A stretch of DNA of 37,838 nucleotides, taken from IMG/VR virus record IMGVR_UViG_3300048856_000128, positions 1-37,838 of that record, one strand, 5' to 3'. The DNA is from a virus. Lineage: Duplodnaviria > Caudoviricetes. Shown one piece after another: positions 1 through 8,850 of the stretch (the stretch's first letter is position 1; each line of letters starts with the position of its first letter). The translations under genes were made by a program, and so were the position numbers. The notes beneath the pieces are model-generated. The model did not search any database. It was given only the letters and a program-made list of their open reading frames with translations, and was not told the origin of the DNA.

Positions 1-939
1 ATGGACGAGCCGGACCAGCCTGAGGTCCAGGAGATGGATCAAGACTTGATCCAACTGCGCTTTGGCGACGAGCAGGGCGAGTACCACGACATCAACGCCA
101 TCGACCTGGCGGAAGTCCTGCAGGGGCTCACGACGCTCGTGTCCGACTCAGCTAAGGCCGGCGTCTTCGGTGAGGGCCCACCCCCGGAAGTCCGGGTCCG
201 GCCTATTAAGGAGGGCTCAGTCACGGTCGAGGCCGTGCTGCAGTGGGCCGTCGACAACCAGGAGTGGGTGTACCCCACCGGCGGAGCCGGCGTCCTGGCC
301 GGGGCCGGGTGGGTGCTGAGGGGCGTGATCGGCACCGCGATCAAGCGCCTGCGGGGGCGGCCCGAGGCTGCTGAGCGCCTGGACAACGGCAACTACATGA
401 TCACGTGGCCGGGAGGGGGCGTGGAGGAGGTGCCGGAGGAGGTCTGGAAGATTCTGAACAAGCCCTCCAAGCGCACTCGCAAGGCCATGGCGCAACTCCA
501 AGCCCCGATGTCCGAGGACGCCTCCTTCATGGAAGTGCGCGCGGCCGACCGCAACGCCGACTCCCGCGCCATCCTGGAAACGCCCACCGACGTTCGAGCG
601 GAGAAGCGTGACTACTACGCGGCCGCGGCGACCGAGCCGGAGAAGGAACCCTTCCGCATCGAGCACGAGGACATCGAAGCCCAGCTCGGGGCGATCAACT
701 TCCGCGACCCGACCAAGTGGCAGGTCGCTGCCCTTGGCCGTACTAAGAGAGCTACGATCGCTGACGAGGAGTTCCTCGCGAGCGTCGAGCGCGGAACGCA
801 GTACGGGAAGAATGACATCTTCCGCGTGACGCTCGTCGAGATCGTGCAGGTGCGCGAGGGCCGGAACAAGATCGACTGGACACTGACCAAGGTGGTCAGG
901 ACGCGACGAGGTGCGGATGATGCGGGGGAAGGCCGATAG
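1..939 (+). CDS. Accessory hypothetical protein (312 aa)
   Basis: Long ORF with globular composition; visibly more A/T-rich than core phage genes; lies between the inferred left att and int. Confidence 0.8.
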   Translation: MDEPDQPEVQEMDQDLIQLRFGDEQGEYHDINAIDLAEVLQGLTTLVSDSAKAGVFGEGPPPEVRVRPIKEGSVTVEAVLQWAVDNQEWVYPTGGAGVLAGAGWVLRGVIGTAIKRLRGRPEAAERLDNGNYMITWPGGGVEEVPEEVWKILNKPSKRTRKAMAQLQAPMSEDASFMEVRAADRNADSRAILETPTDVRAEKRDYYAAAATEPEKEPFRIEHEDIEAQLGAINFRDPTKWQVAALGRTKRATIADEEFLASVERGTQYGKNDIFRVTLVEIVQVREGRNKIDWTLTKVVRTRRGADDAGEGR

Positions 940-1159
940 TCGGGTGCGCCGAACGAACCGTGCGCTCCTTGCCGTCGACGCGCTCGCGCTCGTCTTCGGT
1001 GTCGCTGGCACAGTCGTAGCGATCTTGGCAGTCGCACGAGGGTCCAACCCGGCGCTGCTGCTCGTCCTTGCTGCTGTACTGCCGCTCGTCATCTGGTCGA
1101 TTCGTGACGGCGCCTTCGAGATCAAGCTCTGGCGCGCGCTCAACCGATCGCCGAGATAG
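917..1159 (+). CDS. Small two-TM membrane protein
   Basis: Two hydrophobic stretches (ALLAVDALALVFGVAGTVVAILAVA; PALLLVLAAVLPLVIWSI); overlaps the end of gene 1; start uncertain (911/917/920). Confidence 0.65.
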   Translation: MMRGKADSRVRRTNRALLAVDALALVFGVAGTVVAILAVARGSNPALLLVLAAVLPLVIWSIRDGAFEIKLWRALNRSPR

Positions 1160-1172
1160 CACACAGCAACGA

Positions 1173-1203
1173 ACGGCCCTCCTGGATCGAGTGGGAGGGC
1201 CGT
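1173..1203. terminator. Hairpin terminator between convergent genes
   Basis: ACGGCCCTCC / GGAGGGCCGT 10-bp inverted repeat between convergent stops at 1159 and 1224. Confidence 0.7.
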
Positions 1204-1223
1204 GGTCGTACCCAGGGGCCGGA

Positions 1224-2402
1224 TCAGCGCGCATGCCGGCGTGCGCGGCGGGCAGCGAGTTCGTCGACCGGGCCGGTGCCGCCGGCAGCCGCGGGGGCCG
1301 GCCCGAGGGCGGCGAGCACCTTGTCGGCCTCGAGCTCGCCGAGGTGGGCGTAGCGCTGGGTGGTCAGCGGCGAGACGTGCCCGAGCAGCTTGCCGACCTC
1401 AGCCAACGACACACGGCCGGACTGGATCAGCCAGGAGGCGTAGGTGTGCCGCAGATCGTGCACGCGGGCGTGCCCAATGTCGGCCCGGGCGACAGCGCGG
1501 CGGAAGGCCTTGGCGTACTGGGCGTACTCGACCTGGGCGCCGCTGGGCATGGTGACCAGGAGAGGCCCGACGCAGGCACCCTCAAGGTGCCGGTATCCGC
1601 AGGTGCGCCCGGTGGCCGGCTGCTCGAGCGCGGACAGATCGATCCACTCCGGGACGGGCACCTGCCGTTGACGCCGGCCCTTGGGGTAGGGCTTCATGTG
1701 ACGGCCCTTGTCCGACCACGCCTCGATGACATGCACGACGCCGCGGCGGGCGTCCACGCGGGCGCGGTGCAGGCCAGCGGCCTCGCCCCAGCGCATCCCG
1801 GTGGCCACCAGCAGCAGCGTCATCGCGAGGTAGGGCCCGTCGAGGTGCTCGCAGATGGCGTCGAACTCGGCGTGGGTGAGGTAGCGCTCGGTGCCCGGCG
1901 GCGTGCCGGGCAGCTCGAGCCGAATGGCGGGGTTGGCGGGCAAGATCTCGGCGTCGACGGCGGCCGCCAGGGACACCGACAGCAGGTTGACGATCGCCTT
2001 GACGGTGGCGGACGCGCGGGTGCGCTCGACGCCGTCCTCGTCGGTGTAGACGGCCAGCTCGGCGGCCCAGGCCTTGACGTCCTGGCGGGTGATGTCGACC
2101 AGCCGGACGTCGCCCCAGCGCGGCCGCAGGATCTTGGCGATGCGCCCGGCGTCGGTGGCCATCGTCGAGGCCGCGCGCCGGCGGGTTGGCCACCACTCGT
2201 CGCACCACTCGCCCCAGGTGCGCCCGGCGGCGCTCGGATCGCGCCAGCCGAGCGAACGCGCGTCGAGCTCGGCGGCCGCGCCGGCGCGTTCGGCGGCCTT
2301 CTTGTGCGTGAACGGCCCGCCCGGGGCGGTGCGGACGCGGCCGGTCGCGTCGCGGTACTTCGCGACGTACCGTCCGGCCGACGTGGTGACGACCCAGGCC
2401 AT
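1224..2402 (-). CDS. int: Tyrosine integrase (392 aa)
   Basis: Catalytic motifs TGMRWGE, HDLRH, LGH, TQRY; ATG at 2402 overlaps the upstream TGA. Confidence 0.95.
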   Translation of the reverse strand: MAWVVTTSAGRYVAKYRDATGRVRTAPGGPFTHKKAAERAGAAAELDARSLGWRDPSAAGRTWGEWCDEWWPTRRRAASTMATDAGRIAKILRPRWGDVRLVDITRQDVKAWAAELAVYTDEDGVERTRASATVKAIVNLLSVSLAAAVDAEILPANPAIRLELPGTPPGTERYLTHAEFDAICEHLDGPYLAMTLLLVATGMRWGEAAGLHRARVDARRGVVHVIEAWSDKGRHMKPYPKGRRQRQVPVPEWIDLSALEQPATGRTCGYRHLEGACVGPLLVTMPSGAQVEYAQYAKAFRRAVARADIGHARVHDLRHTYASWLIQSGRVSLAEVGKLLGHVSPLTTQRYAHLGELEADKVLAALGPAPAAAGGTGPVDELAARRARRHAR

Positions 2403-2845
2403 CAGCCCACGGCTCGCAGATGCCGGCTCGCGCGGACCGCGGCCATGCCGGCGCTTGCGGCCGTGCGGCGCAGCACGTGGTCGCGCCAGACCTGCACGAG
2501 GTGGCTGTCGACGTCGAGCTCGCGGGCAATCGCGCCGAGGTGGCCCTCGTGCAGCCGCTCGGCCAGCGCGTAGTCGACCGGCGAGATGAGCAGGCGCGCG
2601 GCGTGGGTGTCGGCCTGCAGCTCGTCGCGGGGCACGTCGTGCGCCGCGGACCAGTCGTGCCCGTGCACCCAGTGGCCGATCTCGTGCGCCAGCGCGATGC
2701 GCTGAGTGGTCTCGGACTTCCGGTGGTTGAGCAGCGTCAAGCCGCTGCGGCGCACCTCCCCCGCCCGGCGACCCAGGTCGCACCACTTGATCGTCATGCC
2801 CAGCGACTCCGCGTGCGCGATCAGCGCGTCCATCGACATCTGCAC
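2402..2845 (-). CDS. ImmA/IrrE-family metallo-endopeptidase (antirepressor protease)
   Basis: RIALAHEIGH (HExxH) followed by E.QAD..AARLLI; located between repressor and int. Confidence 0.9.
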   Translation of the reverse strand: MQMSMDALIAHAESLGMTIKWCDLGRRAGEVRRSGLTLLNHRKSETTQRIALAHEIGHWVHGHDWSAAHDVPRDELQADTHAARLLISPVDYALAERLHEGHLGAIARELDVDSHLVQVWRDHVLRRTAASAGMAAVRASRHLRAVG

Positions 2846-2875
2846 CCTGCTATCTCCCCCCCACGTGCTCCCTTG

Positions 2876-3259
2876 CTACGGCTCGACCTGCCGACCCTCG
2901 ATCTCGTCGTCGGCGTCGCGGTCCATCGCTGCGAGCTCGAAGTCATCAGCGTCCACGACCTCACCGTCGAGGGTCACTAGCTCCGCCTCCCCCGCCGTGC
3001 CGGCGCTCGCGGCGACGCGCTCCTCGGCCCAGCGCACGACGTCCGAACCGCGGAGGTCGAGCACCTCGCCCATCTCATAGATTTCGCCGACCGTGGCCGG
3101 CGGGGCTTCGGCGTTGAAGATCTTGCCGAGCCGCTTCCGAGAGATGCCGGTGCGCGCCTCGAGCTCCACCTGCGTGATACCCGCTTCGGTAAAGCGCTCG
3201 CGCAGGATCTCGGCCACCTTCTCGTCGAGGGGGCCCAGCAACTTCGGGGTGCGTGCCAT
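2876..3259 (-). CDS. XRE-family immunity repressor (127 aa)
   Basis: HTH ITQVELEARTGISRKRLGKIFN; acidic C-terminal tail; divergent from cro. Confidence 0.85.
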   Translation of the reverse strand: MARTPKLLGPLDEKVAEILRERFTEAGITQVELEARTGISRKRLGKIFNAEAPPATVGEIYEMGEVLDLRGSDVVRWAEERVAASAGTAGEAELVTLDGEVVDADDFELAAMDRDADDEIEGRQVEP

Positions 3260-3362
3260 ACGGCACACGTTGCCATATGGCCCGCGACACGCGCTAGTCC
3301 CGCTTGACACTGTGCCATTTGGCCCACATGCTTTCACCCATGGTTGATGTGCCAAATGGCCC
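3253..3362. promoter_or_regulatory. Genetic switch: four operators plus rightward promoter
   Basis: GTGCCATACGGCAC 3253-3266, TTGCCATATGGCCC 3270-3283, GTGCCATTTGGCCC 3312-3325, GTGCCAAATGGCCC 3349-3362; TTGACA(3304)-17bp-CATGCT(3327). Confidence 0.85.
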
Positions 3363-3636
3363 AGGGGGGATCACCGAAGCGCTCGCCGGCGAGATCCGGC
3401 GCGAGATGGAGTGCCAGGGGCTCACGGGGGTCGCCCTCGCCTCCCGGAGCCGGCTGGACCGCGCGTCGCTGTCTCGGTGGACCCGCGGGCTCCGCGCGAT
3501 GTCGACGGAGACCCTCAGCCAGGTCGCGGCCGGTCTCGGCCTCACCGCCTCACAGCTTCTAGCGCGGGCGGAGGCCGCCCTGGAGCGCGGACCGACCGCG
3601 TCCGGCCCGCGCGTCGACGACGACGCCGCGGCCTGA
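3340..3636 (+). CDS. Cro-like XRE HTH regulator
   Basis: LTGVALASRSRLDRASLSRWTRG HTH; first gene of the early operon; probably leaderless. Confidence 0.85.
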   Translation: MVDVPNGPGGITEALAGEIRREMECQGLTGVALASRSRLDRASLSRWTRGLRAMSTETLSQVAAGLGLTASQLLARAEAALERGPTASGPRVDDDAAA

Positions 3637-3646
3637 GACAGCAGAA

Positions 3647-3681
3647 AGCCCCGGCATCGGTCCTGCCAGACCGCCGGGGCT
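3647..3681 (-). terminator. Hairpin with U-tract on the minus strand (possible antisense RNA terminator)
   Basis: AGCCCCGGC/GCCGGGGCT plus GGTC/GACC stems; GAAA upstream on + reads TTTC after the stem on -. Confidence 0.5.
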
Positions 3682-3706
3682 CCCTACACCGAGAGGAAGC
3701 CTAGCC

Positions 3707-4003
3707 GTGAGCCCCGCCCCGATGCACGCCCCCGCCCCGGCCGGCGCAGCGCCCGCACCCATGGACGTGTGGGAGCGCGAGCCGCTGACGCCCGCCGAGG
3801 TCAGCGCCGAGTTCCGCCGCCACCCCGAGACGGTCCGCGACGCCATCCGCGCGGGCGACCTGCACGGCCACCAGCGCGTCAAGCGCGGCCGCTGGTTGGT
3901 CGAGCGCCGCTGCGCCGCCGCCTGGGTCCGCGGCGCCCAGTGCCCGCACCAGACCAACGCCACCGTCGTTCCGATCACCGCCGCCCGCGGGGGTGCTCGA
4001 TGA
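3707..4003 (+). CDS. Excisionase-like HTH protein
   Basis: LTPAEVSAEFRRHPETVRDAIRAGDLHG..GRWLV (MerR/Xis-like HTH); RBS GAGAGGA. Confidence 0.8.
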   Translation: MSPAPMHAPAPAGAAPAPMDVWEREPLTPAEVSAEFRRHPETVRDAIRAGDLHGHQRVKRGRWLVERRCAAAWVRGAQCPHQTNATVVPITAARGGAR

Positions 4004-4188
4004 AGGACCTCACCGCCGCGGTGCTGATCACCGCCGCCGTCGCGCTGAGCGCGTTCGCCGGCTGGCTCGCCCTCTACGCCCCGCCGCTGTCCGGCGGCAC
4101 CGGCTGGGCGATCGTCCTGCTCCTCATCGCGCTCGCGCTCGTGCTCCGCGCCCGCCGCATCCGGCCCGAGGGGGAGGCGAACCGATGA
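4000..4188 (+). CDS. Small membrane protein
   Basis: ATGA overlaps at both ends; two hydrophobic helices. Confidence 0.75.
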   Translation: MKDLTAAVLITAAVALSAFAGWLALYAPPLSGGTGWAIVLLLIALALVLRARRIRPEGEANR

Positions 4189-4556
4189 CCGTGACTGACC
4201 TGCCCTCGACGTCCGCGGCCACCGCGGCCGGCGCCCGAGCCCGCCGCTACGCCGGCGACCTGTGCACCACGGCGCAGGTCGAGGCATTCATGGCCGCCAT
4301 CGGCGCCGTGCGGCCGGGCACGGAGTTCTCCGTCAACCTCATCCGTCGCCAGCTCGACGCCGCCTCGGTGCCGACCGCAGCGCGCTCGGCCCTCTTCGAC
4401 CGCGCCGTCGCGGACGGTCTGGTCGAGCGCGTGTGGGTCACCACGGCCGGTCGCCGACTGGCCGTCGTCGAGCCGTCCACCGGCCGCAGCGCCAAGGGCG
4501 CCCGCGTCCGCGTCTACCGCCGCACCGGCACGCCCTACCGGCCCGCCGGCGGGTGA
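4185..4556 (+). CDS. Hypothetical phage protein
   Basis: RBS GGAGG, ATGA coupling, high GC3. Confidence 0.75.
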   Translation: MTVTDLPSTSAATAAGARARRYAGDLCTTAQVEAFMAAIGAVRPGTEFSVNLIRRQLDAASVPTAARSALFDRAVADGLVERVWVTTAGRRLAVVEPSTGRSAKGARVRVYRRTGTPYRPAGG

Positions 4557-4560
4557 CGGC

Positions 4561-4734
4561 GTGACGGACGACGACTGCGGCCACGGCTGGCGCAAGGGCG
4601 AGCGCACCCGCGGCGGCTACCTCGCCTGCCCCACCTGCCGCCGTGCCCAGGCCGCCGCCGTCGACCGCCTCGTGCGCATCCCCGCCCCACCCGTCGACTG
4701 GCAGGCCCTCGCCGCCGGCGACACCGGCGACTGA
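4561..4734 (+). CDS. Small Cys/His protein (57 aa; not in ORF track)
   Basis: Hand translation: VTDDDCGHGWRKGERTRGGYLACPTCRRAQ...DWQALAAGDTGD*. Confidence 0.65.
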   Translation: MTDDDCGHGWRKGERTRGGYLACPTCRRAQAAAVDRLVRIPAPPVDWQALAAGDTGD

Positions 4735-4775
4735 CTCGCCGCACCACCGCAAACCGCTGCCCCAGGGAGAACCCC

Positions 4776-5183
4776 GTGACCGAGCCCCACCTGTCCGTCG
4801 TGGCCACCGCCGGCCACCGCCCGGACCACCCCGTGCCCACACCGGCCGACATCGCACGCCGACGGCAGATCGCCGACGAGCTGAGCGGCGCGCTCGACGA
4901 CGGCGCCCCGCGCGGCTGCCTGCGCCCGACCACCGTCGACGTCCCCGTGCTCGACGTGCCGATGCGCCGCGACCACCCTCGCCCCGCCGACACGTTCACC
5001 GCTCGCATCGTCGACGAGGACCGTGGCGGCGCCGTCCACCTGGTGCACGAGGTCACCCACTGGCGCATCCACGACGGCGCCCTTGCGCTCTACGGAGAGC
5101 AGGACGGTCGCGCGGTGAAGCTTCAGACCATCAACGCGCTGCACTGGACGCGCGTCGAGCGCCTCGCCGGCGGTGCCGAGTGA
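4776..5183 (+). CDS. Hypothetical phage protein
   Basis: RBS GGAGA; GTGA overlap with the next gene. Confidence 0.7.
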   Translation: MTEPHLSVVATAGHRPDHPVPTPADIARRRQIADELSGALDDGAPRGCLRPTTVDVPVLDVPMRRDHPRPADTFTARIVDEDRGGAVHLVHEVTHWRIHDGALALYGEQDGRAVKLQTINALHWTRVERLAGGAE

Positions 5184-6586
5184 ACGCCCCCGCCGCCCCC
5201 CACGTCGCGCCGGCCACCCGCGTCGACCCGCGCACCCTCGTCCTCGCCGAGAACGTCCGCCGCACCGTCGTGCTCGACACCGACTTCAAGCGCGACGTCG
5301 CCGCCCGCGGCGTCCGCCAGCCGATCGAGGTGCGCCTCGACCCGCTCGGTCAGCTCCTGGTCGTCACCGGCCAGCGCCGCACCCTCGCGGCGCTCGAGGC
5401 CGGCCTCGACGAGGTCCCCGTCGTGCTCGTCGACGACATCGCCGACGAGGCCGACCGCATCGTCGAGCAGCTCGCCGAGAACCACCACCGCGCCGGCATC
5501 ACCGCCGCCGACGACGCCACCGCTGTCAAGCAGCTCGCCCTCTTCGGCCTCTCCCCCGCCCAGATCGCCAAGCGCACCGCCCGACCCAAGGACGAGGTCC
5601 ACGCCGCCCTGGCGCTCGCCGACGCCTCCGAGCAGACCCGCACGGCGCTCGCGGACGTCGACCTGGTCACCGCGGCGAAGATCGCCGAGTTCGACGGCGA
5701 CGAGCAGACCGTCACGCGCCTCACGGCGCTCGCGGCCGCGGAGCCGCAGCGCCTCGACCACGAGATCGAGTGGGCCCGGCGCCGAGCGACCGAGCGCGCC
5801 GCGATCGACGCGCGCCGTGCCGAGCTCGTCGCCCAGGGCGTCAACGTCCTTGACGAGGCGCCGCGCACGGGCGTCGCCGGCGCCACCGCCGCGTGGCTGT
5901 CCGATCTCACCGACCAGCCCAAGGCCGACGGCACCGCGGCGCCGATCGAGCCCGCGGCCCACCAGATGACCTGCCCGGGTCACGCCGTGCATCTGCCCGA
6001 CGCCGACCTGCTCTCCGACGGCTCCGTCCACGTGCGGGAGCACCTCTACTGCCTCGACTGGCAGACGCACGGGCACTTCAAGCGCTCGGCCCGCAACACC
6101 GCCACCGCCACCTCGGGCCCCAAGCCCGAGGAGGCCACCGCCGAGCGGCGCCGTGTCGTGGCGAACAACAAGGCCTCGGACGCCGCGCAGGAGGTCCGCC
6201 GGGCGTTCCTCGCCCAGGTGCTGCAGCGCCCGCAGCTGCCGAAGGACGCCGTCGAGCACGCCGCGGTGATGATCGCCGCGTTCGGCCGCTTCCTCGGCGA
6301 GTACACCGTCCGGCAGATCCTCGACGAGGTCTGGCCGACCGTCGACCGCCACCCCGAGCGCGGCGGCGTGCACGCCCACCGCGCCCTCCTCGCGCAGGCC
6401 TTCGCCCTCGGCGAGTGGGGCCTGCCCCGCGACTTCTGGCGCCAGCCCACCACCGACGGCTGGGGCACCACCAAGGCCAAGGCCAAGGGCGTCCTCCACC
6501 TGGAGCGGCTGCAGCAGTGGGGCTACGGCCCTGCCGACGTCGAGTCCACCTGGCTCACCACCGACGACACCACCAAGGAGGCCTGA
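5180..6586 (+). CDS. ParB/Spo0J-like domain protein (468 aa)
   Basis: GVRQPIEV..VVTGQRRTLAA..EQLAENHHR ParB N-terminal motif followed by HTH. Confidence 0.85.
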   Translation: MNAPAAPHVAPATRVDPRTLVLAENVRRTVVLDTDFKRDVAARGVRQPIEVRLDPLGQLLVVTGQRRTLAALEAGLDEVPVVLVDDIADEADRIVEQLAENHHRAGITAADDATAVKQLALFGLSPAQIAKRTARPKDEVHAALALADASEQTRTALADVDLVTAAKIAEFDGDEQTVTRLTALAAAEPQRLDHEIEWARRRATERAAIDARRAELVAQGVNVLDEAPRTGVAGATAAWLSDLTDQPKADGTAAPIEPAAHQMTCPGHAVHLPDADLLSDGSVHVREHLYCLDWQTHGHFKRSARNTATATSGPKPEEATAERRRVVANNKASDAAQEVRRAFLAQVLQRPQLPKDAVEHAAVMIAAFGRFLGEYTVRQILDEVWPTVDRHPERGGVHAHRALLAQAFALGEWGLPRDFWRQPTTDGWGTTKAKAKGVLHLERLQQWGYGPADVESTWLTTDDTTKEA

Positions 6587-6589
6587 CCC

Positions 6590-7018
6590 ATGGCCTGGAC
6601 CACGATCGACGTCGAGGCCGCCCTCGACGACCTCGGCGCCGAGCACCGTCGCCACCTCGCCGCCGGCACAGCCCCCGCCCCAGTCCCCGCGCCGATCAAC
6701 TCCGCCGTCGTCGTCTCCTACACCTGCTACGAGCTGGCCAGGGGCCTCCGCGACGCCCGCCGCGAACTGCATGAGGCGCTCGCGGCCGCGCAGGCGGAGG
6801 CCGACACCATGGCCGTGCTGATGAAGTTCCGCATGGGCGCCGCGCTGGACCCGCGACTCGACGAGGAGCAGCTGCTCGTCGAGTGCATGACGCTGCTGCA
6901 CCTCGGCGGCGTCGGCATCATCCCGCAGCAGCGCGCACGTGACGCCGTCATGGCCATGCTCGAGGGCTGGCAGCAGCGCCACCAGCTCGCCGTCACTGGC
7001 CGCCTGGCGGTGGCCTGA
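6590..7018 (+). CDS. Hypothetical phage protein
   Basis: RBS AAGGAGG; TGATG overlap. Confidence 0.75.
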   Translation: MAWTTIDVEAALDDLGAEHRRHLAAGTAPAPVPAPINSAVVVSYTCYELARGLRDARRELHEALAAAQAEADTMAVLMKFRMGAALDPRLDEEQLLVECMTLLHLGGVGIIPQQRARDAVMAMLEGWQQRHQLAVTGRLAVA

Positions 7019-8259
7019 TGCGCGCCCTCGGCAACACGATGTCCGGCGGGCCGCGCTACTCCGGTGCCGTGGCCGACTTGCCCCGCGAGCCGCGCGAGAC
7101 GCCCGAGCAGGTGCGCGCCCGCCGCGAAGCCAAGGCCGACTGGCGCACCCGCTCCCCCTTCGCCAACCGCACCGAGCGCGAGGAGAAGGCCGCCCTCTTC
7201 GCCCCGCACCAGGACACCACCTACTCCGACTACGCCTTCACCACCCCGCCGCCCCGCGACGACGAGCCCGCCGCCGCCCCGGCGCCGGTGCCAGCGAAGC
7301 CGCGCCGCCCCCTCGCGCCGGCCACGCGCCCGGTCCAGTGCGGCGACACCGTCGAGGCTCACGGCCAGCAGATCCACTGCCACCTCCCCACCGGCCACGA
7401 CGGCCCGCACGAGGACCGCTCGCACCGTTGGGACCTCCCTTGCCCGGCCGCCGCGACCGAGACGCAGCCTCCGGCGCTCGCGGCGCGGCCTCGTCGCCGC
7501 TCGGCGCCGACGCCACGCCCGGTGACGCGCCCGGCCGCGCAGGCGGGCCCTCGCCTGGCAGCCGCCACGCGCCCGGCCCCGGATGCCGCAGGGATCGTGC
7601 GCGACTACGTCGAGGACGGCATGACGATCCCGCAGATCGCCCGCCAGCGCGGCCACTCGACCCGCACGGTGCGCGACCTGCTCAAGGCCACGCCCGGCGT
7701 CGTCATGCGAGACGACCGCTCCACGCATTCCGGTGGACGGAACAAGATCGCCGACGACCCGCGCGTCGTCGCCGCGATCCGACGCCTCTACGTCGACGAG
7801 GGCCTCACCCAGCGCCAGGTGGCCGAGCGTCTGCAGCTGACCTACCAGGTCGTGCGTCGCGTCATGCAGGCCAACGGCATCGAGGCGCGACCGCCGGCCA
7901 GCGTCGCCGGCCACGGCTCCGCACGGCCGGGTACCTCCACGCTCGCCCGGCTGCGCCAGGCGATCGAGGACGCCGGCCTGACCGCGCGCACGCTGCGCGA
8001 GTGGGCGGCCGCGCACGGCATCGACGTGCCGACGACCGGGCTGCCCGGCTGGGACGTGCTCAACGCCTACCTCGCTGCCCGGCCCACCGCCACCGCCCCG
8101 ACCGCCCGCGGCTCCGTGCGCCGCGTCGGCAACCGGTGGCAGGCCACCTGCTCCGTCTGCGGCCGCCTCGACATCGCCGCCGTCAGCCACGCCGCCACGC
8201 TCGCCGCGCTTGGCAGCCACCTGCGCACCCACCAGCCCGCCCAGAAGGCCTCCGCATGA
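7018..8259 (+). CDS. Multi-domain DNA-binding protein (two HTH repeats, Lsr2-like domain, Cys/His motifs)
   Basis: YVEDGMTIPQIAR and YVDEGLTQRQVAE repeats; TLREWAAAHGIDVPTTGLPGWDVLNAY; CSVC..H...H. Confidence 0.75.
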   Translation: MRALGNTMSGGPRYSGAVADLPREPRETPEQVRARREAKADWRTRSPFANRTEREEKAALFAPHQDTTYSDYAFTTPPPRDDEPAAAPAPVPAKPRRPLAPATRPVQCGDTVEAHGQQIHCHLPTGHDGPHEDRSHRWDLPCPAAATETQPPALAARPRRRSAPTPRPVTRPAAQAGPRLAAATRPAPDAAGIVRDYVEDGMTIPQIARQRGHSTRTVRDLLKATPGVVMRDDRSTHSGGRNKIADDPRVVAAIRRLYVDEGLTQRQVAERLQLTYQVVRRVMQANGIEARPPASVAGHGSARPGTSTLARLRQAIEDAGLTARTLREWAAAHGIDVPTTGLPGWDVLNAYLAARPTATAPTARGSVRRVGNRWQATCSVCGRLDIAAVSHAATLAALGSHLRTHQPAQKASA

Positions 8260-8396
8260 CCCCCGGCCGCCGCCAGACCAACGACGACGCCCGAGCCCAC
8301 CTGCTCGCCTCGCTGGAGTACGGCGTCAACCCCCTCGTCGGCCGCTGGACCGCCGAGCCCGAGACCGAGACCGACACCAACCAGGAGAACGCATGA
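8256..8396 (+). CDS. Small hypothetical protein (46 aa)
   Basis: ATGA overlaps at both ends. Confidence 0.6.
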   Translation: MTPGRRQTNDDARAHLLASLEYGVNPLVGRWTAEPETETDTNQENA

Positions 8397-8806
8397 CCAA
8401 GCTGTCGTCGGGTCTGCCGAGGGACCCCGAGAAGAACGGCCTCGCGTGGATCGCACGCGACCTGGTGGCCAGGCCGATGAACCGCCACCTGATGATCGCC
8501 GTCGTCGACTGCTCCAAGATCACGACGGACACCGACACCGGGATGCGTGAGCCCACCGTCCGCGTGCTGCGCATCGAGCGCGTGCATCCCGACGACGCCC
8601 CCGAGGTGGAGCGGCTCGTGCGCCGCGCCCTCGAGTACCGCTCGGGCGAGACCGTCCTGCCTATCGACGTCGAGCGCGAGATCGAGTCCTGGCTCGGCGC
8701 CGGCTTCCGGCTGGACACCGACACCGGCGAGCTCGTGCCCATCGAGCCCGACGACGCCAGCGCCGACGCTGCCGGCGACGACGCCCCCGACGCCGACCAC
8801 GACTGA
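8393..8806 (+). CDS. Hypothetical phage protein
   Basis: RBS AGGAGA; starts MTKLSSGLPRDPEKNGL; acidic tail. Confidence 0.8.
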   Translation: MTKLSSGLPRDPEKNGLAWIARDLVARPMNRHLMIAVVDCSKITTDTDTGMREPTVRVLRIERVHPDDAPEVERLVRRALEYRSGETVLPIDVEREIESWLGAGFRLDTDTGELVPIEPDDASADAAGDDAPDADHD

Positions 8807-8850
8807 CCCACCCCGACCACGCCGCGGCGCTCGCGGCCGGAGGACCCGCC

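Noticed and set aside
5180-6586. parABS plasmid-prophage partition system
   Set aside because: No ParA or parS array seen; lone ParB-domain genes are common in integrating actinophages
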